54,294 nt of DNA from a virus (lineage: Duplodnaviria; Caudoviricetes). The position numbers and the translations under genes were made by a program. The stretch is taken from the IMG/VR virus record IMGVR_UViG_3300033153_010346, positions 1 to 54,294 of that record, one strand, 5' to 3'. Positions 24,898 to 34,777 of this stretch are shown here, piece by piece. How positions within the stretch are numbered: position 1 is the stretch's first letter; every line of letters begins with the position of its first letter. The notes under the pieces are model-generated. The model ran no database searches and was not told where the DNA came from. It saw nothing but the letters and a program-made list of their open reading frames with translations.

Positions 24898-25534
24898 TTC
24901 TTTCCAATATCATTAGTCCATGGCTGTATGCATGGAGTTCTTTTATTTTCCATGTTTTGGTATGTGCCAAGAAGTCATTTGTGGATTGAGTAGACCCAGG
25001 ATGATCCAAATAGTCATGGATCATAATCCACTTTCTTACTTTATGCTCATTTTTGAAATATAATGCTAGTGAATGATCATAGCCCTTATCTGAATCCATA
25101 TGAACTAAATCTACTGTTCCTATATCAACATCTAAATCATCACCATAGGTAAATTTAAATTCAATATTATTTTTTTCACAAATAAGTTTTAGCTCTTTCG
25201 CTACACACTTAGTATCAGGATGTTTGTCAGTACAATGAATACTTTTAGGTCGACCACTTATTAGGGCCCTGGCCGACAAACCTCCCGCTAATCCTAAATC
25301 TACAACTTCTTGGCATTGTGAAGCATACCACCTGTACACCGGAGCCAAGGAGCTGTTATCTTGAAAGTATAGCCCACTACATATTTGTTTGTACGATTCC
25401 TCTAAATTATACGTAAGGTTTAAGTCTCCTCCTTCCCTATCAAACTTATGATTCATAGCTACAGCCCTGTCGACATAGTTGAATGGACAATTGGGTAGAC
25501 CCGCATAATTGGGTGGTTCTTTAATTATTAGCAA
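24890..25534 (-). CDS. putative class I methyltransferase (Methyltransf_24-like)
   Basis: VDLGLAGG.S, DLVHMD, IMIHDY, GLMIL. Confidence 0.6.
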   Translation of the reverse strand: MLIIKEPPNYAGLPNCPFNYVDRAVAMNHKFDREGGDLNLTYNLEESYKQICSGLYFQDNSSLAPVYRWYASQCQEVVDLGLAGGLSARALISGRPKSIHCTDKHPDTKCVAKELKLICEKNNIEFKFTYGDDLDVDIGTVDLVHMDSDKGYDHSLALYFKNEHKVRKWIMIHDYLDHPGSTQSTNDFLAHTKTWKIKELHAYSHGLMILERNE

Positions 25535-26615
25535 GGTAGACCTCTATTCTTTCAATTAACTGACTAGCATTGGCTTTTGAAGATGTAACATTCATACTAC
25601 CACACATAAAGGCTGTTTTAATTGCATTGTCTGCTACTGATTGGCCGGCTGGTTTGGCTAATTCTTCATCAACTTTATCAGCCATTTCATCTATTTGGTC
25701 ATGTTGAAAAATTGGATAGAATGTAGTTTGATAGTTGTCCTTTTTGAACCCGTGATTGTATCGCATAAACTTATCAAATTCAGGTAGATCATCAGTGGGT
25801 GGGTTTTCTATTACAATTGGAAATGTTCCTAGTAAAGCTGCTTCAAGAGGAGGCATTCCACCCATAGCATAAATCATAAGTTTGGATGTCATAATTTCAT
25901 AGTATCTTTCCCATCCCCAAACACCACCCCTAATATCTAGCTTAACTTTAGGGTTGGTCACACCTTGTTTGAGTACTTCAAGCATTGTCCCATCACCAAT
26001 AACTGTCCAAGTTACTTTAGATTTGATTTTGTTCATCACCTGCATTAAAAGATCGTACCGTTTGATAGGCATAGCCCGTGATACTGTGATAACTTTATCA
26101 TCTTGTCTTTTTGGGCTGTACATTCTCTGTGCTGTTTCAATTGAGACTACGTCAACAGAAGGGTAGCGGATTAACAAGTCATCAACCTTGCCTAAGAGTT
26201 TGTGATGAAAATCTACTCTGCAATGGTTACTTACACTCTTCATGTGAGCGTTTTTCCACGCTTTTCCTACCATCATATAGTGGGGAATAGTGCTGGCTAA
26301 CCTTTCAGATGCAATCTCTGGATCATCCCTACTCAAACCATAGTTGGCAAAGTCAATGTTTTCCTTTACTCTCCAAGGGGGTAATACTTCTACATGGGAG
26401 TAATGCGGGATATTAAGCTTTTTAGATATAGCATCACCCACAAGTGTTACAGATTCATATGGACTGAACACTACATCTGCTTTTGTAATGGGGAGATAAT
26501 CCAAACTTTCTACCCACAATACTTTATGCCCTAATTTTTCTAGTTCTCTGGCAACAGCATCAGAAGGAGTTGAAACCCAGTCGTAGCCTCTCATTCGGGC
26601 ATAAATAATTACCAT
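25521..26615 (-). CDS. GT4-like glycosyltransferase
   Basis: VSR...KRYD, IGDG, GMPPLEAALLG. Confidence 0.75.
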   Translation of the reverse strand: MVIIYARMRGYDWVSTPSDAVARELEKLGHKVLWVESLDYLPITKADVVFSPYESVTLVGDAISKKLNIPHYSHVEVLPPWRVKENIDFANYGLSRDDPEIASERLASTIPHYMMVGKAWKNAHMKSVSNHCRVDFHHKLLGKVDDLLIRYPSVDVVSIETAQRMYSPKRQDDKVITVSRAMPIKRYDLLMQVMNKIKSKVTWTVIGDGTMLEVLKQGVTNPKVKLDIRGGVWGWERYYEIMTSKLMIYAMGGMPPLEAALLGTFPIVIENPPTDDLPEFDKFMRYNHGFKKDNYQTTFYPIFQHDQIDEMADKVDEELAKPAGQSVADNAIKTAFMCGSMNVTSSKANASQLIERIEVYLANN

Positions 26616-26827
26616 TAATATGTTCCTTCTTTAATTCGTTGTATGGAGTCTATATTGATATTTTCTTTAGCAAAAGGTAGAAAAAATACTCCGTCCAATT
26701 GCAAAAAATATCTCATAATAGTTGAGTATCTTTCATCCCTACTCTTTGGGGTGTCAAATGATTCAACTAAAAGAGTCCCATCTTTAAGCATCATACTTAT
26801 TTTGTAGTCCAAGATAAGATCAGTCAT
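26615..26827 (-). CDS. hypothetical protein
   Basis: coupled ORF. Confidence 0.55.
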   Translation of the reverse strand: MTDLILDYKISMMLKDGTLLVESFDTPKSRDERYSTIMRYFLQLDGVFFLPFAKENINIDSIQRIKEGTY

Positions 26828-27113
26828 TTTCCATTCTTTCCCTGTGATAGATCATCATAGCGTAATTAGCTACGTCTACCATGCGTTTTTCGTTCATAGC
26901 AACTTGCATACTTTGTCTGAATCTCTCAATTTCATTTTCTGTATTATTAGAAGGATCAATACTCCCAGGCATATGCCAATTTGCTTTTCCTTGTTTTGCG
27001 CATTCATCCAATCTTTCTTGCATTGCCGCAGAAAAAGATACCACACCTAGAATAGTGGCTTGCTCGTTTGACATATTCGATGTAATTTTTTGTGGTTGTA
27101 CTTTGTTGTCCAT
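26820..27113 (-). CDS. hypothetical phage protein
   Basis: AMQERL...KG..W...VDVANYAMM pattern; GGAG RBS. Confidence 0.6.
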   Translation of the reverse strand: MDNKVQPQKITSNMSNEQATILGVVSFSAAMQERLDECAKQGKANWHMPGSIDPSNNTENEIERFRQSMQVAMNEKRMVDVANYAMMIYHRERMEND

Positions 27114-27114
27114 T

Positions 27115-29178
27115 TTAATTCTCCACTCCTTGAAACATTTGGGTTAGCATGTGTTTTAACGTATATTTCTCTTTGTATAGTTTGTAGCCCTCTTCGGAAA
27201 TATGTTCACGTTTTTTATCATCGGCTAGAAGCTCTTGAATTTTCTTCAAACACTCTTCTTGGTTCTTATAAAACACCATATGTTTCCCATCTTCAAACAT
27301 ATCCTCTAATTTAGGGACGTAAATATTTAGACCAACAGTTTTGGTTGCCATTGGTTGAAAATATCTGTCGGAGAAGTATAAAGGAACATCGTTTATGATA
27401 TTGATATTAAGAACAATTTTGGCTTTGTTGAGGGTCTTAACAAATTCCTTATCAAAAATTCCAGGTTTGACATAAGATTTCAAACTCTCTGGCCAAGCAC
27501 CATTTCCGTAGATTTGAAGTTTGACCCCATTTTGAACGAGGTATTCCAAAAGGCCTACTCTATGTGCACTATGTGGAGTTCCAATAAACAAAACATCAAT
27601 TGTCTTTTCCTCGTCCATAGGTTTGAAGGTTTTATCGTCTGGTGTGATAGGAAGAAATTGACAAGGCTTCTGTGTTTGGGAAAATACTTTTGACAACAGG
27701 TGCGGGTCGCCGGTAGACCAGAAGGATGTATGACAAACGTTACTTAGAGATGCAAACCATGGTTCCACTTCTTTGCGGTTGTCTACATACCAGTTTAACA
27801 TCTTGGTTTTAGGGCTGAGTAAACCAACGTAAGACAAGAAACCAGGTACAATAGTATGACCGCCACATATAAGCACATATTCTGGTTCATGATGGACAAT
27901 TGTGTTGAGCAACTCATATGTAGCATTGAGGTGGTTGCTTGTTTTAGCTTTAGCTCTATAATCAAAGGGGATAACTTTATGACCAAAACTTTTCTCCAGA
28001 GTTCGTCTGATATAAATTTCATTCCTTAGGGCACCCCCTGAAAAATCCCCAACCAAGATTGTTTTGGGTTTAGGCTTAATAGTATCAGGGAAAAACACAG
28101 CATTATACACTTCATCAACTTTGTGATCGCTCAAGCAATCACACGTACTAAACTTTTCTGTGTATTGACATGGTGAGCATGGTGGTCGTTTATTGAGTAT
28201 TGTAACATTCGTTCCAAGGGGTTTGTTCTTTGATACCATGGTCGGAGCAAAAATAGCAAACGTTTTCGTTCCCACAGCTGCAGCAATATGGGTCGGCCCC
28301 GTATCGTTGCCAATGTATATGTCGGCCATGGACAGTAAAGAGGCAAGTTGAGGAATATTCAATTTGTCCATAAAGTTGAGTGTCACATTCTGTGACCACG
28401 TTTTTTCCTTTGCTTCTTCTTTGTCCTCTTCGTCTCCTATGGGTACGATTTTGTATTCTGGAAATTTCTTTCCTATTACCTCTGCCAATTCTGCGTAATA
28501 TGGCCAACGTTTAACCTCCCATCCTGGGATACGTAAGGCGGTATCACCAAAGACGATAAATTTTTCAAGACCCTCTTTCGCCATCAATTTTTTAACGTGT
28601 TCTAACTCCGCTCCTTCTGCTTGTTGGCAATGAGTAGTGGGAACTTCGTTTGTTGCACCCAAAAATTCAGATACAGACATATGTTGAATTGATTCATGGA
28701 ATGTTTTAAGGTCTGCCTTCAAAGCTGTTTTGGTATAATGGTGTAAAAGATTTAGGTGGTTTTTCTCAATCTCATGTCCCCAAATAGAAACAAAACAGAG
28801 ATCATAGTAGTTTTCATCAAACTCTGTTATTACATTATCAACTACGTCCCATCCCCTGATTACTTGAGCGGCTGATTCTTTGCACCAAACAGTTAGGTTA
28901 ATTCTAGGATGGTTATGCTTCAGGGCTTTGAGGGCGGGAGTAAGCATGACCATATTGCCTATCCCCTGCCCCATAATAATTAGTACTTTTTGTACACGAG
29001 TAGAATCAATAATAGGCAAAAGATGTTCGTAAATAAACGAGCCTAAATTAATACCCTGTTGTTCTAGTTTTTGTCTTTTATCCGTATCAACAGAGGCATA
29101 CTTTTGTAAAGATTGTCCTACTGCTTTCTTGATTTCTTCTTGTATGATAAATGCAAGTCTAGTTGGTTGGTTGCCCAT
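27115..29178 (-). CDS. fused GT9 (heptosyltransferase-like) + CgeB-like glycosyltransferase
   Basis: GIGNMVM.TP, KRWPY, GNDTGPTHIAAA, CSPC; C-terminal DVLFIG, AKIVLN, F.DG. Confidence 0.85.
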   Translation of the reverse strand: MGNQPTRLAFIIQEEIKKAVGQSLQKYASVDTDKRQKLEQQGINLGSFIYEHLLPIIDSTRVQKVLIIMGQGIGNMVMLTPALKALKHNHPRINLTVWCKESAAQVIRGWDVVDNVITEFDENYYDLCFVSIWGHEIEKNHLNLLHHYTKTALKADLKTFHESIQHMSVSEFLGATNEVPTTHCQQAEGAELEHVKKLMAKEGLEKFIVFGDTALRIPGWEVKRWPYYAELAEVIGKKFPEYKIVPIGDEEDKEEAKEKTWSQNVTLNFMDKLNIPQLASLLSMADIYIGNDTGPTHIAAAVGTKTFAIFAPTMVSKNKPLGTNVTILNKRPPCSPCQYTEKFSTCDCLSDHKVDEVYNAVFFPDTIKPKPKTILVGDFSGGALRNEIYIRRTLEKSFGHKVIPFDYRAKAKTSNHLNATYELLNTIVHHEPEYVLICGGHTIVPGFLSYVGLLSPKTKMLNWYVDNRKEVEPWFASLSNVCHTSFWSTGDPHLLSKVFSQTQKPCQFLPITPDDKTFKPMDEEKTIDVLFIGTPHSAHRVGLLEYLVQNGVKLQIYGNGAWPESLKSYVKPGIFDKEFVKTLNKAKIVLNINIINDVPLYFSDRYFQPMATKTVGLNIYVPKLEDMFEDGKHMVFYKNQEECLKKIQELLADDKKREHISEEGYKLYKEKYTLKHMLTQMFQGVEN

Positions 29179-29461
29179 ATTTTTTCCTAAGGTTTACTCG
29201 ATTCAAATGCCAATTCAACGAGGGTTGCCATCTGAAATCTGGTTGTTTGAAAAGTTGGGTTAAGATCTTTATTATTGATATTTTATTTTCAGTTACTAAT
29301 TTGTGGTGGTAAGAACAAAGTGTTATCAAGTTCCAAAGTTCTGATGGGCCTCTTTGGCTTTTGGGTATTATATGATGTACCTCAACTCGGAAATAACTAC
29401 CACAGGCCCTTACTCGACATCGATGTTTATCTAACTCTAGTGCTTGTTCATATACATTCAC
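29159..29461 (-). CDS. HNH endonuclease
   Basis: CR..CG...EVHHIIPKSQ.G...NLITLC..HH. Confidence 0.85.
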   Translation of the reverse strand: MNVYEQALELDKHRCRVRACGSYFRVEVHHIIPKSQRGPSELWNLITLCSYHHKLVTENKISIIKILTQLFKQPDFRWQPSLNWHLNRVNLRKKYGQPTN

Positions 29462-30264
29462 TAATGTTCATCCAAATTGATTTTGAATTTGTCCATATCT
29501 TCGGATGTGAAAAACCCTTGGTCTCTAAATTTTCTTACCATGTTAGATGAAGCCAAAACTAAACGTTCTCTCCAGTCAGCTTTGTGCTCGTTTACAACCT
29601 TGAAGTCCCAGTCAATTATGTTATCTAAATCTATTTCGGATTGATGATTGGCCCCAGCTTCAATGTCTGGATTGTCAACTCTGAATATTTTAACAGTTCT
29701 ACCACAATTGAGAGCGTGAAGCATGTTATATTCGTTTTTGAACCTAGTATCAGGAATTATATACACTTGGTCTTTATCCTGTATTTGGGAGAGAAGAATA
29801 TTGATCCATATATCTTTGGGATCTCTAGTTGGAGAATGTTGAACTATATAATCAAACTCATCAATTTTATCGTACCACATATTGGACAAACCATCTAAGA
29901 CAGTACGAAGATACTTCAGCTTGCGTTTTAAGTCGGCTGTTTCAATTGCAAATTCAGAGATAGCTAATTTTTCAACCCAAAGAGGATAATCTGATACTCC
30001 CATTGTTGGGCTATCTTCTTCCATCCAATTATGTATATGTTTCAGGTTGTTTCGGGCAGAGAGACCTATGCCCTGTAGAATTTGGCGCGAATTTTTGGTT
30101 TTCTTATCTGTTACTTCTTCTTTTGACAAACCAAAGTATTCTATGCCTAGATTTCGTAGATAGTCAGCGAAGGCTATACGTTTAAACCCATAGAGTTTGC
30201 ATAGTATTTGACAAAACTCATCTTTACCTGACCTAGCTTTCCCGTGAATTCCAATTAACCGCAT
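29461..30264 (-). CDS. deoxynucleoside monophosphate kinase
   Basis: GKARSGKD, FAD.LR, RQILQ.IG, DTRFKNE, HQSE. Confidence 0.85.
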   Translation of the reverse strand: MRLIGIHGKARSGKDEFCQILCKLYGFKRIAFADYLRNLGIEYFGLSKEEVTDKKTKNSRQILQGIGLSARNNLKHIHNWMEEDSPTMGVSDYPLWVEKLAISEFAIETADLKRKLKYLRTVLDGLSNMWYDKIDEFDYIVQHSPTRDPKDIWINILLSQIQDKDQVYIIPDTRFKNEYNMLHALNCGRTVKIFRVDNPDIEAGANHQSEIDLDNIIDWDFKVVNEHKADWRERLVLASSNMVRKFRDQGFFTSEDMDKFKINLDEH

Positions 30265-30437
30265 TCATCATCCTCTATTTTTTCTAGTGTACAATACTTT
30301 TTAAGAGAGTCTATTGAGCCTTCGGTTGGAGCATCCTTAATACAATTAGGACAAAAGTTAGGCATCAAAGGAAACCCTTCTGGAAGCTCTGGTGAGTTAG
30401 TGATACAGTCACATTTAGTGCATTTATATTTTGGCAT
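30255..30437 (-). CDS. small Zn-ribbon protein
   Basis: TAATG-coupled start MPKYKCTKC...CPNC. Confidence 0.55.
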   Translation of the reverse strand: MPKYKCTKCDCITNSPELPEGFPLMPNFCPNCIKDAPTEGSIDSLKKYCTLEKIEDDECG

Positions 30438-30817
30438 TAAGCTACACCTAAATGATAACCCAAACGTAAACATTCTTCACACCAATTATCATTGTTGATA
30501 ACCATACTTTCAGTTACTCTATACTTTTCTTGACATGGACCAACTCTTGGTGTATCTGGTTTATCACATAAAGGGCCTAAGACTGTAATGTTTACTCGAT
30601 TAGATTGAAGATAGATATGTAACGTACCATTTATGTTAGAGCAATAAGGTATAACCGAACGAGCAAATTCAGCCAATAGAAATTCCCTACGATTTATAAA
30701 CGTCGTTGTTTCATGACTAAGTTCAGGTGTTCCTCCCTTTATTGCTACAGCTATCTCTATTGGTGGTGGAGCAGGTGGCGTTACATTTGGTATGTGAGGC
30801 TCAAGTCTTTTTTTCAT
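30437..30817 (-). CDS. hypothetical protein
   Basis: coupled ORF. Confidence 0.55.
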   Translation of the reverse strand: MKKRLEPHIPNVTPPAPPPIEIAVAIKGGTPELSHETTTFINRREFLLAEFARSVIPYCSNINGTLHIYLQSNRVNITVLGPLCDKPDTPRVGPCQEKYRVTESMVINNDNWCEECLRLGYHLGVA

Positions 30818-31173
30818 TATCTTCCCTTTTCTTTCACTGGGGATTTAATAAACGTAACATTTTTCTTAGGCTTCTGTTCTTTGGCCCTACGTTCCCGCAA
30901 AAGTTCTTTGTCCAAATTGACAGGTATAATTTGTGGGTGTCCTAGCGCAACTACATACTTTGTCACATCTGTCAATTCACAAGTAGGCTCATCATAATAT
31001 AGAGAATCGTATATTTTACCTTTATGTTTGGCTTTTAATTTTGTCCCCATTTTGATCACATCTATTTTCCAAACGTCTGGATGTTTGGCTAAGATAGGAT
31101 ACTTCGTGATAAGTTTTTTGTGATAATCTTTGCAAGTCATACCCGTGTTGTGAATAGCTAGGATTTTAATCAT
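30817..31173 (-). CDS. hypothetical protein
   Basis: coupled ORF. Confidence 0.6.
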   Translation of the reverse strand: MIKILAIHNTGMTCKDYHKKLITKYPILAKHPDVWKIDVIKMGTKLKAKHKGKIYDSLYYDEPTCELTDVTKYVVALGHPQIIPVNLDKELLRERRAKEQKPKKNVTFIKSPVKEKGR

Positions 31174-31646
31174 CCTATATTCTCCTTTTGGCCTCTAGAA
31201 GTTTCAGCTTTTAATATACTTTGGAGCACGGTAATTTTCTTCTCCATTTTTTCTTCTGCATTGGACAATTTTAGCACTAAGTTATTTGGTATCAACGACT
31301 TAGTGTTTGTATATAATTTGCGGTCGGCTTCAGAGTACTTCTGTTTCTTTGGGCTGTAATGAAGAATTGAATAAATTTGAAGATAAGTTTTGGCATCTGC
31401 AACACATTGACCAACCGAGTAGTAAATTGACATATGAGAAATAAGCGCATCCTCAATCAAAACAGGGTCTGTATCTATATTTTTACTTAACTCGCTGTCA
31501 GCCAACGCCAAAATTTGCTTAGATTTTCGATAAAAACTGCTGAACTCTTCCTTTAAAATATCTGCATGCTGTTGAAAATGAGATCTCAAATCAACTAATT
31601 CTTGTTCTTCTGGCTCCATTGGAACTGGTATATTATTGAACTCCAT
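31170..31646 (-). CDS. hypothetical coiled-coil protein
   Basis: AGGAG RBS; first gene of minus operon. Confidence 0.7.
   Translation of the reverse strand: MEFNNIPVPMEPEEQELVDLRSHFQQHADILKEEFSSFYRKSKQILALADSELSKNIDTDPVLIEDALISHMSIYYSVGQCVADAKTYLQIYSILHYSPKKQKYSEADRKLYTNTKSLIPNNLVLKLSNAEEKMEKKITVLQSILKAETSRGQKENIG
31509..31533 (+). promoter_or_regulatory. putative promoter class B, antisense within 31170-31646
   Basis: CAAAAT-N13-CGATAA. Confidence 0.4.
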
Positions 31647-31819
31647 CCGAACTCCTAATTACTATCAATTGATTAAGTACTGTACTAGCATTTCACGTTG
31701 TCATTACACTGTTACTATACTAAGCATTTACAATGATCCAGAAGGTACTGGTGTTGCTCAGTATAGTGGAATACATAGTTAATATGAACTATCAGTTTAT
31801 ACCGAGACTTTTTTATAAG

Positions 31820-31846
31820 TATAACACAGGAAATCGAAAAAAGTTC
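31820..31846 (-). promoter_or_regulatory. putative promoter class A heading the minus operon
   Basis: GAAC-N16-TGTTATA. Confidence 0.7.
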
Positions 31847-31900
31847 CTATTTATTTTCACTTTTCTTCAAGTTTTTTTCAAGTGTGGCTGATTTTTTAAC

Positions 31901-31930
31901 CAAAAAAGAGTTAGATCAACGATAAAAGAT
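31901..31930 (+). promoter_or_regulatory. putative promoter class B heading the packaging/structural operon
   Basis: CAAAAA-N11-AACGATAAAAGAT, conserved blocks identical to 48704-48733. Confidence 0.7.
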
Positions 31931-31967
31931 GTAGGTACTTTATACGTTTGAGGTTAGGAGAATTTCA

Positions 31968-32795
31968 GTGGAAGCAAAAATAGTTTACTTCATAGACGAA
32001 AAAACAGAAGAAAAGTTCCTGGAGGTTCTTAGGAAATATTGGCAGTTTTTTGGAAAGAAGACTCCAACAGAAGCTGACGACATAGCTATTTCAAGTTATG
32101 ACCATCTAATCAGGGGCTTGGACTTTGATGGCAACCCTGTAAAAAATAGTAATTTGGTCTATTTTGATGACGTTCTTTCAGAACTAACAAGTGCTTTCTA
32201 CACCCCAACAGACATTCAGAGATTCAGGTTCAAAAAAGGTGTTAGACCAAAGAAGAAAAACAGCTCGCGAAACAGCCGTAAATCCGCTAATACCAACGGT
32301 TTAGACGGAATCAACCAAGTTGAGGTGGACAGAATTAAGACTAACCTTCTGTCCGAATACCCGTTTCTAGATCGAAAGGATTTAGAAATCAGCATAGAGA
32401 ACTATTGTCGATTGATTGTGAAAATCAGCGACCTAATGACCAGAGATATTGTAGCAAATAACGTAGCCATTAAAAATCTGACCGAGACGATGATTAAGCT
32501 TGGTGGCTTTTTAGGTATAGACGAAGAGAAAAAAGCCAAACAAAAAGCGTTTGAGGACCAACAAAGCGTAGCGGCCCTGAGTATGCAGTTTCAACAGACA
32601 ATAGATGTATATCCCGCTATTATGGACAGAATGCGCTATGAAGAAATCCGAATCCTCCTTGAGAAGTACGACAACAGCTCTATGGGTATTTCCAAGGAGT
32701 TATTTGAAAGCCCCGCCTATTCTGGGATGACAATTGCCAAAGCAAGGGAATTTGTCAAGGAAAGAGAGATGAAATATGAAGAGAAAGACGCTTAA
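31968..32795 (+). CDS. putative terminase small subunit
   Basis: AGGAG RBS; helical protein upstream of TerL (synteny only). Confidence 0.5.
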   Translation: MEAKIVYFIDEKTEEKFLEVLRKYWQFFGKKTPTEADDIAISSYDHLIRGLDFDGNPVKNSNLVYFDDVLSELTSAFYTPTDIQRFRFKKGVRPKKKNSSRNSRKSANTNGLDGINQVEVDRIKTNLLSEYPFLDRKDLEISIENYCRLIVKISDLMTRDIVANNVAIKNLTETMIKLGGFLGIDEEKKAKQKAFEDQQSVAALSMQFQQTIDVYPAIMDRMRYEEIRILLEKYDNSSMGISKELFESPAYSGMTIAKAREFVKEREMKYEEKDA

Positions 32796-32928
32796 TCTAC
32801 CAGACGATGGAGGTCCCCATGAACCTTCACCTGATAATACAAATTGGCGAATACGTAGGGTATAATTGGTTTTGGCTCGATGATACAGCCTTAGCTTTCT
32901 GGTTGTACTGTCTTAAATAAGGAAATAT

Positions 32929-34734
32929 ATGAGAGTTCAATATACTGTAAGAGAAACTGTTGACAAATACTTCCCGATTTATTTCTATCGGAAACATCTT
33001 GATATAGCAGCTAGAGATCTTTTAGGCTTGGATTTATGCCCACATCACAGGATGATTCTAAGGGATTGGTCGCAGGGAAAGCCTATCAATATGCTATTTT
33101 CCAGTCGTGGTATGGGTAAATCCGTTCTCCTGGCCATTTATTATGTTTTAATGTCTATGTTATACCCTAAATTAAAGTCCATTGCCGTTGCCGGACAGGG
33201 TTTTAGAGGCTCAAAAATGGTACTCATGGAATGCGAACGTATAATCAATGGATATTTGAGTGGTCAAAGGCAATATGGGTATGCGAAAAGATGCCTACCC
33301 GATCCTAGACGCGTAATTTCTAAGGACCCCGCATATTGGTCAATAACATTTTCTAATGGGTCCATAATTTACGGTATTCCTTTAGGGGCTACGTCCGATG
33401 GAAATACAATCCGTGGTTTGAGATCACACTTACTAGGTCAAGATGAAGCTTTTATGATTCCTACTAAGTTGTATCAGGCTGTGTTAGACCCCATGCAGAA
33501 CGTGCTGTATGATCCAAATAAGCCAGCATCGGAGCAGGCTGTTAAGAATATGTCTATTTCAATTTCAACGTGCGACTTTGACTTCAGGGATTTTTATCGA
33601 CAGTACCTCTATTATAAAGCCGTGCTGGAATCTGACGAGGATAGATCGTCAACAGAGATACAGAAAGAAGACATTTCCTTGTTCAACTTCGATTTGGACG
33701 ACTCCTATTATACACTCGACGGCGAGAAGCAAATGAAGTGGGGTGTTGACTATGATCGGATTATGAAGAAGAAGGCCCTTCCAACAACTGACCCAGCACT
33801 ATGGATGGCTGAGAACAAGAATATTCCCCTTAACTTACAGGGTGGCTATTTCCCCTTTGAAGAAATTGAAAAGGGGATGAACATTATGTTGGATATGAAA
33901 AATGAAACTTATCCAGGGGTTCTTGATTCTTGTAGTGCTCAGTGTATTTTGGGGGTGGACACAGCGGTATCTAAGGACAATACTGCTTTTGTGATTATTA
34001 AGGCCGGTCATTTGATGAATCACACTGATAGAGATGTGGATAAATGTATGTCAGCAAATATGGGTAAAAAGTGCCCATTTCTAGGTGTAGGAAAACGTTG
34101 TAACATAAAAAAATATTCTTCAGTAATATTCGCCTATGAAGAAAACAAAATGAGTCAACAAAAAAGAGTTGATCTAATCTACGAGTTGTTAGAGCGTTAC
34201 AATATAGTTGCGATAGCTATGGATTTTAGGGGTGGTGGTGGAGAACTAGCCGACCTCCTGCGTGACAGTGACTATATCAAAAAAAGAATAGGACCAACTG
34301 TAAAGGCAATCTATGACCCTGATCGTAACCCTAATTCGAAGGGTCTTCCCATGTTGAACCTTTACAGTACCAACCAAGAAACGAACCTAGTGTTCAATGG
34401 GTATATGAAGGGAATCATCTCAAACCAAACCCTTCTTTTTCCCAGACCATTAAGGGATAGACCAGAGAACCCAAGACTTTTGGAAAGTGCTGGTCATGTA
34501 GAATCATTGATAAATCAAATAGCCAGAATTAAAGCATACCCAGCTGGTCGAAATGTCAAATTTGAGATAGAAAGTATAGACTCTGAAACAGGCAGAAAAG
34601 TGCCGGGACGAAAAGATCTTTACTCAGCCCTAATGATGGCTGTAGGTAGAATGCGGGAAATGGTAGAGGAACAAGAAAATACCGAAGTCTTTGATCCCAA
34701 TAATTTAGCATTGCCTGTTGCGTTTAACATGTAG
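32929..34734 (+). CDS. terL: terminase large subunit
   Basis: Walker A SRGMGKS, IRGLR, Walker B QDEAF, nuclease GVDTA...D, KDLYSA. Confidence 0.9.
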   Translation: MRVQYTVRETVDKYFPIYFYRKHLDIAARDLLGLDLCPHHRMILRDWSQGKPINMLFSSRGMGKSVLLAIYYVLMSMLYPKLKSIAVAGQGFRGSKMVLMECERIINGYLSGQRQYGYAKRCLPDPRRVISKDPAYWSITFSNGSIIYGIPLGATSDGNTIRGLRSHLLGQDEAFMIPTKLYQAVLDPMQNVLYDPNKPASEQAVKNMSISISTCDFDFRDFYRQYLYYKAVLESDEDRSSTEIQKEDISLFNFDLDDSYYTLDGEKQMKWGVDYDRIMKKKALPTTDPALWMAENKNIPLNLQGGYFPFEEIEKGMNIMLDMKNETYPGVLDSCSAQCILGVDTAVSKDNTAFVIIKAGHLMNHTDRDVDKCMSANMGKKCPFLGVGKRCNIKKYSSVIFAYEENKMSQQKRVDLIYELLERYNIVAIAMDFRGGGGELADLLRDSDYIKKRIGPTVKAIYDPDRNPNSKGLPMLNLYSTNQETNLVFNGYMKGIISNQTLLFPRPLRDRPENPRLLESAGHVESLINQIARIKAYPAGRNVKFEIESIDSETGRKVPGRKDLYSALMMAVGRMREMVEEQENTEVFDPNNLALPVAFNM

Positions 34735-34777
34735 ACAAGAAGATAATATAACTTGAAATCAACATGAGGTTATAATC

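Noticed and set aside
18014-34734. Introns or inteins in polymerase and terminase; HNH genes as intron-encoded
   Set aside because: Both genes are continuous and of ordinary length; the HNH ORFs are free-standing
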